Below are positions 47,115 through 56,657 of a DNA stretch of 64,000 bases, piece by piece (the stretch's first letter is position 1; each line of letters starts with the position of its first letter). Source of the DNA: an uncultured virus (IMG/VR IMGVR_UViG_3300032268_000759). Its lineage: Duplodnaviria > Heunggongvirae > Uroviricota > Caudoviricetes. The stretch covers positions 64,001 through 128,000 of the IMG/VR virus record IMGVR_UViG_3300032268_000759; one strand, 5' to 3'. The notes beneath the pieces are model-generated. The model saw nothing but the letters and a program-made list of their open reading frames with translations. It made no database searches and was not told the origin of the DNA. Position numbers and translations under genes: made by a program.

Positions 47115-48377
47115 ATGTTTTGGCTAATAGAAAATAATACACAACTTAAAGAGTTTTACAATAAAGGATACAAAGAAGTATTTATTGAACCAATTCAACT
47201 TCATGATTATATTCATCCTAAATTAACTGATATATCACTATTATATATTAGACCAACAAAAGGAAGAAAAGGATTCATTATAAGTATTAATCATAGTGAA
47301 GCAACATCTGTTAAGAAATCAACAGTATACAATATGTTAAAAACATTTGATACAGTATACATTCGCAATCAAAAAACATGTTTATACCACTTTCAATTAA
47401 CTAATCTTGTTGATATTTCATTTAATACACCATTATTACCTGAAGTAACAACATCAGCCCATACATTTTTATATACAAATAACTCTAATAAGTTAGATAT
47501 AAATAAAATTATACCAATAGTTAAACATTATGAAAAATATGAAAGCATTTATAAACAAGTTAAAGATTACTGTGAAGAGAAAAATAAGTTCTATAGCAAA
47601 ATATCTAAAGTATTTTACCTCCTTGAAAACTCAGGAATTAATATTAATGAGCAAGTTTTTAACAAATACTTTGATCTTAACCATCCAGAATACAATATTT
47701 ATAATTCCCGAATATATACCAATTATAATCTCCATACTACAACGGGACGCCCCTCTAACACTTTTAACACTATTAATTTTGCTGCCTTAGTCAAAGATAA
47801 TGGGTGCCGCAAGACATTTATACCAAAAAATCATACATTAATAGAAATTGATATTAGTGCTTACCATCCTACATTAGCAGCACAGTTAATTAATCACCAA
47901 TCAGATGACATATATTCTGAATTTGCTGAAGTAGCACAAGTAGAGTTAGCTCAAGCAAAAGAATTAATGTTCCGACAATTATATGGAGGAATAATGGATG
48001 AGTACAAAGAATGGGTGTATTTTAAAAAGATACAATCATATATAGATAAGTTGTGGAATCAGTGGAAAACCAATGGTTATATTGAATGTCCCATATCAAA
48101 CCACATGTTCCATAAAGACCGATTAGATAACATTAACCCAAATAAATTATTCAATTATGTGCTCCAAAATATGGAAACATCTAATAATGTTAACATATTG
48201 CGAGATATATTAAAAATATTACGAGATAAAAATACAAAATTGATATTATATACTTATGACGCGTTTTTATTTGATGTAGATAATAATGAAATAGGTGTGA
48301 TAGATGAAATAAAAACAATATTTACCAAATATAAATTAAAAACTAAAAATAAAACCGGAATAAGTTATGACTTTTAA
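47115..48377 (+). CDS. Compact, divergent family-A DNA polymerase
   Basis: TTTGRPS, motif A EIDISAYHP, motif B K...F...YG, NY..Q, motif C YTYDAFLFD. Confidence 0.75.
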   Translation: MFWLIENNTQLKEFYNKGYKEVFIEPIQLHDYIHPKLTDISLLYIRPTKGRKGFIISINHSEATSVKKSTVYNMLKTFDTVYIRNQKTCLYHFQLTNLVDISFNTPLLPEVTTSAHTFLYTNNSNKLDINKIIPIVKHYEKYESIYKQVKDYCEEKNKFYSKISKVFYLLENSGININEQVFNKYFDLNHPEYNIYNSRIYTNYNLHTTTGRPSNTFNTINFAALVKDNGCRKTFIPKNHTLIEIDISAYHPTLAAQLINHQSDDIYSEFAEVAQVELAQAKELMFRQLYGGIMDEYKEWVYFKKIQSYIDKLWNQWKTNGYIECPISNHMFHKDRLDNINPNKLFNYVLQNMETSNNVNILRDILKILRDKNTKLILYTYDAFLFDVDNNEIGVIDEIKTIFTKYKLKTKNKTGISYDF

Positions 48378-48819
48378 TGATACTTTTAATACGTATATGA
48401 TGGACTATGATACAAGTCCTTTTGATGGTATGCTAAACAATAAGTTATTTTGCACATTTACTCAACTAGAAAATCTAGACAGTTTGATAGACAATCTAAA
48501 TAATACATATTCAATTATGTATAATAAGATATTTGTCTTATATGTTAAGAATAATGATGAGTATGTTTGTACATATAATGTAGACCAAGGAAATGTAAAT
48601 GCCATCCCAGATAATACTATATTAGTCCATCGCAAAAAAGAATTTAATGTTTTATACACTATTAACTCATTAAATGAATTAATAAAATCACTTAATGGAG
48701 GAGTAGTTGATCCAGACTATCGCATTAACTGGCAACATTATCAAAATACAATATTACTAACTCAACAAGGAGAACTAAAGCAACTAAAAACAAAAATCCA
48801 CAAAATAGTAAATCTATAG
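48367..48819 (+). CDS. Hypothetical protein
   Basis: NKLFCTF, VHRKK...LYTINSLN; start uncertain. Confidence 0.65.
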   Translation: MTFNDTFNTYMMDYDTSPFDGMLNNKLFCTFTQLENLDSLIDNLNNTYSIMYNKIFVLYVKNNDEYVCTYNVDQGNVNAIPDNTILVHRKKEFNVLYTINSLNELIKSLNGGVVDPDYRINWQHYQNTILLTQQGELKQLKTKIHKIVNL

Positions 48820-48851
48820 TTTGGCATTTGCGCCCTCTTTATATAAATTTA
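48820..48851 (+). promoter_or_regulatory. Bacteroidota-type promoter
   Basis: TTTG-N20-TAAATTTA. Confidence 0.6.
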
Positions 48852-48892
48852 TAAAGACATAAACTAATTAATTATAAAACTAAGTTAAATAT

Positions 48893-49732
48893 ATGGATAT
48901 AAATGCAATCAAAGCCCGTCTAGGTGCTTTACAACAATCAGGTAACTCTGGTAAAAGAGAAAAGATAGACTACACTAAAGTCTACTGGAAACCAAAACAA
49001 GAAGGTAAGTATCAAATTAGATTTGTTCCTTCTAAACTCGATCCTCGCAACCCATTTAGAGAGATCTTTGTACATTATGGTTTTTCAAAATTCCCCATCT
49101 TCTCATTAACTAATTGGGGTGAAAAAGATCCAATCGTTGAATTTGCAAAACAACTTCGTAAAACTGATGACAAAGAAAATTGGTCATTAGCTAAAAAACT
49201 TGATCCGAAATTGAGAGTTTACGCTCCAGTTATTGTTCGTGGTGAAGAAGACAAAGGAGTTCGTTTATGGGAGTTTGGCAAGGAAATCTATTTACAATTA
49301 TTAGGTATTGCTGAAGATGAAGATTATGGTGATTACACAGACATTAATGATGGTCGTGATTTCACTGTAGAAGCAGTTATGGGAGACATTGGTGGTCGTA
49401 GAGGTTTAAAATCATCAATTCGTGTTAAACCAAAAACTACACCATTAAGTACTAATAAAGCTGAAATTGAACGTTTATTAAGCGAACAACCAGATGTATT
49501 AGAAATCCAACGTAAAATGGAATTTGAAGCTATGAAAGAAGTATTACAAAACTGGTTAACACCTCCAACAGAGGAAGAATCACCAGAAGTAATCACAGCT
49601 GAAGATGAAGATGACTCAGACATGCCTTGGGAAAAGGAAGAAAAACCAAAAACACACACAACTAAGCCAATAACTAAACCTGCAAGTAAAGCAGATGCGT
49701 TTGATGCTGTGTTTAATGATGATGAGGAATAA
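48893..49732 (+). CDS. Single-stranded DNA-binding protein (T4 gp32-like)
   Basis: YWKP...IRFVP, WEFGKEIY, D...GRDF, acidic C-terminal tail. Confidence 0.8.
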   Translation: MDINAIKARLGALQQSGNSGKREKIDYTKVYWKPKQEGKYQIRFVPSKLDPRNPFREIFVHYGFSKFPIFSLTNWGEKDPIVEFAKQLRKTDDKENWSLAKKLDPKLRVYAPVIVRGEEDKGVRLWEFGKEIYLQLLGIAEDEDYGDYTDINDGRDFTVEAVMGDIGGRRGLKSSIRVKPKTTPLSTNKAEIERLLSEQPDVLEIQRKMEFEAMKEVLQNWLTPPTEEESPEVITAEDEDDSDMPWEKEEKPKTHTTKPITKPASKADAFDAVFNDDEE

Positions 49733-49738
49733 TATCTT

Positions 49739-50821
49739 ATGGCCAAGAAAAAAACATCGTTAACAGAAGCTGTTTCTGGTGAACTTAAAGCTAATTTCAA
49801 TTTAGATAAGTTTAAAGAGAAGAAGTTGTTAAACAACACTGTAAAGTTTAAAGAACAAAGATGGATTCCATTTTCAGAAGCATTACAGGATTCAGTCTCT
49901 ATCCAAGGCGCTCCTATGGGCCATATCACCTTATTAAGAGGTCATAGTAATACCGGTAAAACAACAGCTATGTTAGAATTAGCTATTAGCGCTCAGAAAA
50001 TGGGCATTTTACCGGTATTTATTATTACCGAAATGAAATGGTCATGGGAACATGCTAAACAAATGGGATTTGTACTTGAAGATGTAGTAGATGAATCAAC
50101 AGGTGAAGTTGTCAATCATAAAGGATTTTTCTTATATGCTGATAGATCACAGTTAGGCACTATTGAAGATGTAGCAGGTTTTATAGCTGATTTATTAGAT
50201 GAACAACGTAAAGGTAATTTACCATATGATTTATGTTTCTTCTGGGATTCAATCGGTTCTATACCTTGTAAAATGAGTGTTGAAGCAAATAAAAATAATC
50301 CAATGTGGAATGCAGGTGCAATGTCACAACAGTTTGGTAATTTTATTAATCAACGTTTTCCATTATCAAGAAAAGAAAATTCACCATATACTAATTCAAT
50401 GGTAGCGATTAATAAAATCTGGGTAGCACCAGCTGAAAATGTTATGAGCCAACCTAAGATGAAGATGAAAAATGGTGAAACTATGTTCTTAGATGCTTCA
50501 ATTGTAATAACATTTGGTAATATCACTAATAGTGGTACAAGTAAAATGAAAGCCCAAAAAGATGGTAAAGAAGTAGAATTTGCAGTTAGAACAAAAGTAG
50601 CAGTTGATAAAAATCATGTTACTGGTTTACAAACAAAGAGTGTAGTAATAGCTACAATTCATGGTTTTATTCAAGAAGAGGATATTAACAACTATAAAAA
50701 ACATCATTCACATGAGTGGATTGGTATTTTAGGTGCTGGAGCAAGTGAAGCGAATTTAGTTGAAGATACGTCAGAATGGAATGAAAGTAAAGATCACCCA
50801 ATTTTAATAGAAGAAGAATAA
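49739..50821 (+). CDS. RecA/UvsX-like recombinase
   Basis: G.ITLLRGHSNTGKTT, FFWDSIGS, VAIN, KNH. Confidence 0.8.
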   Translation: MAKKKTSLTEAVSGELKANFNLDKFKEKKLLNNTVKFKEQRWIPFSEALQDSVSIQGAPMGHITLLRGHSNTGKTTAMLELAISAQKMGILPVFIITEMKWSWEHAKQMGFVLEDVVDESTGEVVNHKGFFLYADRSQLGTIEDVAGFIADLLDEQRKGNLPYDLCFFWDSIGSIPCKMSVEANKNNPMWNAGAMSQQFGNFINQRFPLSRKENSPYTNSMVAINKIWVAPAENVMSQPKMKMKNGETMFLDASIVITFGNITNSGTSKMKAQKDGKEVEFAVRTKVAVDKNHVTGLQTKSVVIATIHGFIQEEDINNYKKHHSHEWIGILGAGASEANLVEDTSEWNESKDHPILIEEE

Positions 50822-50826
50822 AAGTT

Positions 50827-51885
50827 ATGAATAGAGATTTATTAAAGATCCTAGATGGTATATCTAAGGATGATGACACCCGCGTCCCAGAAAAAGTAGA
50901 TCCTATTTTAAAAAAATATGATAGAATATTAATTATAGATGGTTTAAATCTATTTTTAAGAAACTTTGCAGTAATGAATGTTGTTAATGAACAAGGAGTT
51001 CATATCGGAGGCTTGGGAGGAACTCTTAGATCACTAGGATATTTAATAAATACTATTAAACCAACATCAGCCTATATCGTCTTTGACGGTATGGGCTCTT
51101 CTACTAACCGTAAAAATCTTTTACCTGAATATAAATCAAATCGCAATACAGGTAAAATTATGAATTGGGAAGCATTTGATGATATTGATGATGAGGATGA
51201 TGCTAAAGTAAATCAAATTAGCCGCTTAATCCACTATCTAAAATGTTTACCTGTCAAAACCATATCTATGGACAAAGTTGAAGCAGATGATATTATAGCG
51301 CATTTAAGTGATCAGTTATCAACTAAGCAAAATTCAAAAGTATATATTGTTTCATCAGATAAAGATTTCTTACAAAAAGTAAATCATAATATAACTGTAT
51401 TTAGACCAATAGAGAAAGAGTTTTTAACACCAGAGAAGGTTAAGGCTAAATTTGAAATCCCACCTGAGAATTTTATATTATATAAGACACTATTAGGAGA
51501 TAGTTCAGATAAGATACCTGGTATTAAGGGATTAGGCCCAGGTAAGTTATTTAAATTATTTCCTGAATTAAAAACACGAATATTAACATTAGATGATATA
51601 TTTGATATTTGTGAAGAAAAGCATAAAGAACATATTATATATTCAAGAATATTATTTGAAACAGAATCTGTTCTAACAAACTATAAATTGATGGACTTAT
51701 CTAAACCTATGATTGATGATAAAGAAAAACAATTAATAGAAGATTTAATTACTGCATCAACTTCAAAACTACAAGTAGACGCATTCATGAGATTATACAA
51801 TGAAGATGGTTTAAAACATTTAATTAAAGACACATTGTTTTGGTTAAGAGACACATTCAAAGTATTAAATAGTTTTAATAAATAA
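50827..51885 (+). CDS. 5'-3' exonuclease (PolI N-terminal/T4 RNase H family)
   Basis: IIDG.N, VFDG, YKSNR, EADD, SSDKDFLQ, GDSSDKIPGIKGLG. Confidence 0.92.
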   Translation: MNRDLLKILDGISKDDDTRVPEKVDPILKKYDRILIIDGLNLFLRNFAVMNVVNEQGVHIGGLGGTLRSLGYLINTIKPTSAYIVFDGMGSSTNRKNLLPEYKSNRNTGKIMNWEAFDDIDDEDDAKVNQISRLIHYLKCLPVKTISMDKVEADDIIAHLSDQLSTKQNSKVYIVSSDKDFLQKVNHNITVFRPIEKEFLTPEKVKAKFEIPPENFILYKTLLGDSSDKIPGIKGLGPGKLFKLFPELKTRILTLDDIFDICEEKHKEHIIYSRILFETESVLTNYKLMDLSKPMIDDKEKQLIEDLITASTSKLQVDAFMRLYNEDGLKHLIKDTLFWLRDTFKVLNSFNK

Positions 51886-51886
51886 T

Positions 51887-51934
51887 ATGACCCTTAATAC
51901 CTTGACTAATATTTATATTAAAAAGACATGGTAG
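51887..51934 (+). pseudogene. Remnant of the helicase 5' end (MTLNTL...)
   Basis: ATG right after the exonuclease stop encodes MTLN, the same as the helicase start at 52613. Confidence 0.5.
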
Positions 51935-52584
51935 TTTATATAACAACAAACTTAATTAATAATAAAAAATATATAGGTAAAGACATTAATAATAATCCTA
52001 ATTATCTAGGTAGTGGAGCCTATATAAAAAAAGCTATTAAAAAATATGGTAAAGAAAATTTTAAAAAAGAAATTCTAGAATATTGCTCTTCAAAAGATGA
52101 GTTATGGCAAAAAGAAGAGTGGTGGTTAAATTTCTATGATGTAGAGAGTAATTCTTTATTTTATAATAAAACAAATAAAGCTTTTGGAAACTCAGGTCAA
52201 ACTATAGAAGGTAAAGAAAAAATAAGTAAAGCTAGAAAAGGATGGAAACCAACTGATGAAATGAAGAAAAAAATGTCAGAAGGAAAAAAAGGACATAAAA
52301 TGTACACTGATGAGTGGAGAACTAAAATAAGTAATTCACTTAAAGGAAAACATAAATCTGAAGAATTTAAAAAACATCAAAGTGAAATTACAAAAGGTAA
52401 TACAAATAGAAGAAAAATGGTTTTACAATATGATAAACAAGGTGATTTTATTAAAGAGTGGGAAAGTGCATTTAAAGCAGCGTTATCCTTAAATAAAAAA
52501 ACAGGAGCAGCTATTACAGAAGTATGTAATGGTAAAGGTAAAAGAAAAAGTATTTATGGATATATCTGGAAATACAAGAATTAA
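51928..52584 (+). mobile_element. Free-standing GIY-YIG (Seg-like) homing endonuclease
   Basis: VVYITTNLINNKKYIGK, YLGSG, KYGKENFKKEILE, FYN, NUMOD3-like repeats, YGYIWKY. Confidence 0.88.
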
Positions 52585-52612
52585 TTATTAACAATTTAAA
52601 TAAATAAAAGTT

Positions 52613-53953
52613 TTGACATTAAATAACATTTCCCAATATGGTATTGGATTCCAGATAAAAGTATTATCTGCTTTATTAACAGATAAAAAGTTTCTATTAG
52701 ATATCAATGATGTTTTAAGTGATGATTATTTTGATAACTCAGCACATAAATGGATTGTAAATGAAACTTTAAAATATTTTACAAAATATCATACAACACC
52801 TACATTAGAAGTATTAAAAACAGAATTAAAGAAAATAGATAATGAGGTATTACAAGTATCTGTTAAAGAACAATTACGTGAAGCATACCAATCAGCAGAT
52901 GATGATTTAGAATATATTGAAACTGAATTTAGTAGTTTTTGTAAAAATCAACAGTTAAAAAAAGCATTATTAAGTAGTGTTGATTTATTAAAAGCAGGAG
53001 ATTATGATTCAATCAGAGGAATGATTGATAACGCATTAAAAGCAGGTCAAGATAAAGCTTTAGGTCATGAATATAATAAGGATGTTGAGTCTAGATATAG
53101 AGAAAATCACCGTTTAGTTGTACCCACACCATGGCCTATTTTAAATGAATCATTACAAGGTGGATTAGGTGGAGGTGATTTTGGATTAATATTTGGTAAC
53201 CCAGGAGGAGGTAAATCATGGGCATTAGTAGCATTAGGTGGTACAGCTGTTAAATTAGGATATAATGTAGTTCATTACACTTTAGAGTTAGGAGAAGATT
53301 ATGTGGGTAGAAGATATGATGCGTTCTTTACCAATATATCAGTTAGTGATATAGGTAATCATAAAACACAGATTGAACAAATGACATCTGAATTACCAGG
53401 TAATTTAATCATAAGAGAATATTCACCAGGTCAAGCCACAATATCTACTATAGAATCACATATCCAAAAATGTGTTAGCTCAGGATTTAAACCAGATTTA
53501 ATTATTATTGATTATGTTGACTTACTTTCATCAAAAAGAAGGACTATAGATAAAAAACAAGAAATAGATGATATTTATATTAGCACCAAGGGACTTGCTA
53601 AACAACTTAATTTACCAGTATGGTCAGTTTCACAAGTAAATCGTTCTGGTGCAAAGGATAATGTTATTGAAGGTGATAAAGCGGCCGGAAGCTATGATAA
53701 AATGATGGTGACCGATTTCGCTTTATCTTTATCTAGAAAAAAAGAAGATAAAGTAAATAACACAGGAAGATTCCATGTTATGAAAAATAGATATGGAGCA
53801 GATGGTATGACATATTTGGCCTCAGTAGATACATCTACAGGTCATATAGAAATCCAATCAGAATATGATGATGATGCTCCAACAAATAAAATAAGTGATG
53901 AAGAATTGGATAAAAAAGCATTAGCTAAAAAGTTTTATGAATTTAATTTATAA
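52613..53953 (+). CDS. DnaB/gp41-like replicative helicase
   Basis: TTG start; GNPGGGKS, YTLEL, IIIDYVDL, SQVNR, KNRYG. Confidence 0.92.
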   Translation: MTLNNISQYGIGFQIKVLSALLTDKKFLLDINDVLSDDYFDNSAHKWIVNETLKYFTKYHTTPTLEVLKTELKKIDNEVLQVSVKEQLREAYQSADDDLEYIETEFSSFCKNQQLKKALLSSVDLLKAGDYDSIRGMIDNALKAGQDKALGHEYNKDVESRYRENHRLVVPTPWPILNESLQGGLGGGDFGLIFGNPGGGKSWALVALGGTAVKLGYNVVHYTLELGEDYVGRRYDAFFTNISVSDIGNHKTQIEQMTSELPGNLIIREYSPGQATISTIESHIQKCVSSGFKPDLIIIDYVDLLSSKRRTIDKKQEIDDIYISTKGLAKQLNLPVWSVSQVNRSGAKDNVIEGDKAAGSYDKMMVTDFALSLSRKKEDKVNNTGRFHVMKNRYGADGMTYLASVDTSTGHIEIQSEYDDDAPTNKISDEELDKKALAKKFYEFNL

Positions 53954-53958
53954 TAAAC

Positions 53959-54912
53959 ATGAACATAACAGAACCAAGACTTTGGTACAAACCATTTGAG
54001 TATCAACAAGCATTTGATTTCTATAAAGATCAACATCGCGTACATTGGTTAGCAGATGAAGTTCCATTAGCATCAGATTTAAATGACTGGAAATTAAAAT
54101 TAACTGAACCAGAGAAAAATTTGATTGGTAATATTTTAAAATCATTCGCACAAACAGAAGTACATGTTAATGATTATTGGTCAACAAAAGTATCAATGTG
54201 GTTCCCAAAACCAGAAGTACAGGCGATGGCTCGTGTGTTTGCTGATTTTGAAAGTATACATGCTGAGGCTTATGCTCGACTAAATGAAGAACTTGGATTA
54301 GATGATTTTAAAGCATTTTTAGAAGATGAAGCATCAAAAGCAAAAATAGATCGTTTAGTAGAAACACCAGGTGAATCATTAGAAGAAAGAGCATTATCAT
54401 TAGCTATATTTTCAGCATTTACTGAAGGAGTTAATTTATTTAGTTCATTTGCTATATTGATGAGTTTCCAATTAAGAAACTTAATGAAAGGAACAGGACA
54501 GATTGTAGAATGGAGTGTTAGAGATGAATCATTGCATTCAAAAGCTGGATGTTGGTTATATAAAACATTACTGTCAGAAAATCCTACACTAGATACTCCT
54601 GAATTAAGAAATAAAATTATTGAAGCATGTGAGTTATCAGTACAATTAGAATCTGATTTTATTGATAAAGCATTTGAAATGGGAAATGTTGAAGGTTTAA
54701 CTAAAGACCAGTTAAAAAACTTTATTAAAGCAAGAGCAAACGAAAAAATAATTGAGTTAGGATATAATGCAATATATAATGATATTGATCCTAACTTATT
54801 AAAACAAATAGAATGGTTTGGACATTTAACAAGTGGTAAGACACATCAAGACTTCTTTGCAGGTCGTGTTACTAACTATTCTAAGTCAAATGGTGATTGG
54901 AGTGATTTATAG
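53959..54912 (+). CDS. nrdB: Ribonucleotide reductase class Ia beta subunit
   Basis: W..DEV....D, ESIH..AY, EGV.LFSSF, RDESLH, DFF. Confidence 0.93.
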   Translation: MNITEPRLWYKPFEYQQAFDFYKDQHRVHWLADEVPLASDLNDWKLKLTEPEKNLIGNILKSFAQTEVHVNDYWSTKVSMWFPKPEVQAMARVFADFESIHAEAYARLNEELGLDDFKAFLEDEASKAKIDRLVETPGESLEERALSLAIFSAFTEGVNLFSSFAILMSFQLRNLMKGTGQIVEWSVRDESLHSKAGCWLYKTLLSENPTLDTPELRNKIIEACELSVQLESDFIDKAFEMGNVEGLTKDQLKNFIKARANEKIIELGYNAIYNDIDPNLLKQIEWFGHLTSGKTHQDFFAGRVTNYSKSNGDWSDL

Positions 54913-54920
54913 AAAAAAAT

Positions 54921-56645
54921 ATGAGCATACAAGTAGATACAAGTAAATGGATTAAGGGTAAAGATTACCCAGAGTGGATGGATGATATAGCTATCAGCAT
55001 GATTTCAAAAGGTTATTTATTACCTGATGAAAATGTTTTTGACGCTTATAAAAGAGTAAGTAAAGCTGCTTCACGTAGATTAAAACGTAAAGATTTACAA
55101 CCATTCTTTATGGAAGCAATAGTTAAAAATTGGTTATGCTTAGCATCACCTGTATTGTCAAATATGGGTACTGAACGTGGAATGCCTATTTCATGTTTTG
55201 GTATTGATGTTGGTGATTCAATTGAAGGAATTGCTGAAGCAAACGCAGAATTAATGCGTTTATCATCACAAGGTGGAGGTGTTGGTATTGGGTTATCTCG
55301 TATAAGAGGACGTGGTAAAAACATTAAAGACAACGGTATAAGTGAAGGTGTAGTGCCATGGGCTAAAATATATGATTCAACAATATTAGCTACAAACCAA
55401 GGTAGTGTTCGTAGAGGAGCAGCTTCAGTTAATTTAAATATTAACCATCCAGATATTGAAGAATTTTTAATGATTCGTAGACCAAAAGGTGATGTTAATC
55501 GTCAATGTCTAAACTTACATCAGTGTGTAGTTGTAGATGATGTGTTTATGGATAAACTTGAAAATAAAGATCCTAAATCATTAAAAATATGGGGTGAGAT
55601 TTTAAAAACACGTCTTGAAACAGGTGAACCTTATATTATGTTTGGAGATAATATTAATAAGGCAAATCCTCAAGCGTATAAAAATAACAATCTTCAAGTA
55701 TCAATGACAAACATTTGTACTGAGATTGCTTTATACACAGATGAGTTACATTCATTTATATGCTGTTTATCTTCATTAAATTTATCTCGTTGGGATGAAT
55801 GGAAAGATTATAAGTTTGAAAATGGAATGACATTACCTGAGTTATCAACTTGGTTTTTAGAAGGAGCATTACAAGAGTTTATTGATAGAGCAAAAAATAT
55901 TAAGTTTTTTGAAAATACAGTTCGCTCAGCAACAAAAGGAAGAGCAATTGGATTAGGTATTTTGGGTTGGCATACATTCTTACAATCAAAAGGATTACCA
56001 TTTGTAGGTATTCAAGCGAACGCTTATACAAGAATGATATTTGACTTTATTGAAAAAGAAGCACTAAAAGCATCTCGTGACCAGGCAATTGAATATGGTG
56101 AACCAGAATGGTGTAAAGGAACAGGTTTAAGACATACTCATCATTTAGCACCTGCACCAACAGTATCAAATGCTCATATATCAGGTGGAGTTTCACCTTC
56201 AATTGAACCAATACCTGCTAATGTTTATAATTTAAAAACAGCAAAAGGAGTATTTATTAAACGTAATAAAATACTTGAAGCATTACTTGAACAAAAAGGA
56301 TATAATATTGATAGTGTTTGGGATCAAATTTTAAGAGACCAAGGTTCAGTAGTGGGTTTACCAGATTATATTTTAACTGATGAAGAAAAAGAAATATTCT
56401 TAACATTTAAAGAAATTAATCAATTAGAAATTGTTAAACAAAATGGTATTAGGCAACAATATGTTGATCAAGCAATATCTTTAAATTTAACATTTGATCC
56501 AAATGATTCTCCAAAATGGATTAGTCAAGTACATAAAGAAGCTTGGAAACAAGGAATTAAAACACTTTATTATCTAAGAACAGAATCAGTATTAAGAGGA
56601 GATAATTTACAAAGATTATCAGATTGTGTTAGTTGTGAAGGTTAA
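54921..56645 (+). CDS. nrdA: Ribonucleotide reductase class Ia alpha subunit (no ATP cone)
   Basis: ISCF, GGGVG, TNICTEI, CCLSS, APTVS, KTLYY, C-terminal CVSC. Confidence 0.93.
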   Translation: MSIQVDTSKWIKGKDYPEWMDDIAISMISKGYLLPDENVFDAYKRVSKAASRRLKRKDLQPFFMEAIVKNWLCLASPVLSNMGTERGMPISCFGIDVGDSIEGIAEANAELMRLSSQGGGVGIGLSRIRGRGKNIKDNGISEGVVPWAKIYDSTILATNQGSVRRGAASVNLNINHPDIEEFLMIRRPKGDVNRQCLNLHQCVVVDDVFMDKLENKDPKSLKIWGEILKTRLETGEPYIMFGDNINKANPQAYKNNNLQVSMTNICTEIALYTDELHSFICCLSSLNLSRWDEWKDYKFENGMTLPELSTWFLEGALQEFIDRAKNIKFFENTVRSATKGRAIGLGILGWHTFLQSKGLPFVGIQANAYTRMIFDFIEKEALKASRDQAIEYGEPEWCKGTGLRHTHHLAPAPTVSNAHISGGVSPSIEPIPANVYNLKTAKGVFIKRNKILEALLEQKGYNIDSVWDQILRDQGSVVGLPDYILTDEEKEIFLTFKEINQLEIVKQNGIRQQYVDQAISLNLTFDPNDSPKWISQVHKEAWKQGIKTLYYLRTESVLRGDNLQRLSDCVSCEG

Positions 56646-56657
56646 ACAATAAAAGTT

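Noticed and set aside
8769-56645. Inteins or introns in terminase, helicase or RNR
   Set aside because: Proteins have ordinary lengths and contiguous motifs, with no intein terminal signatures
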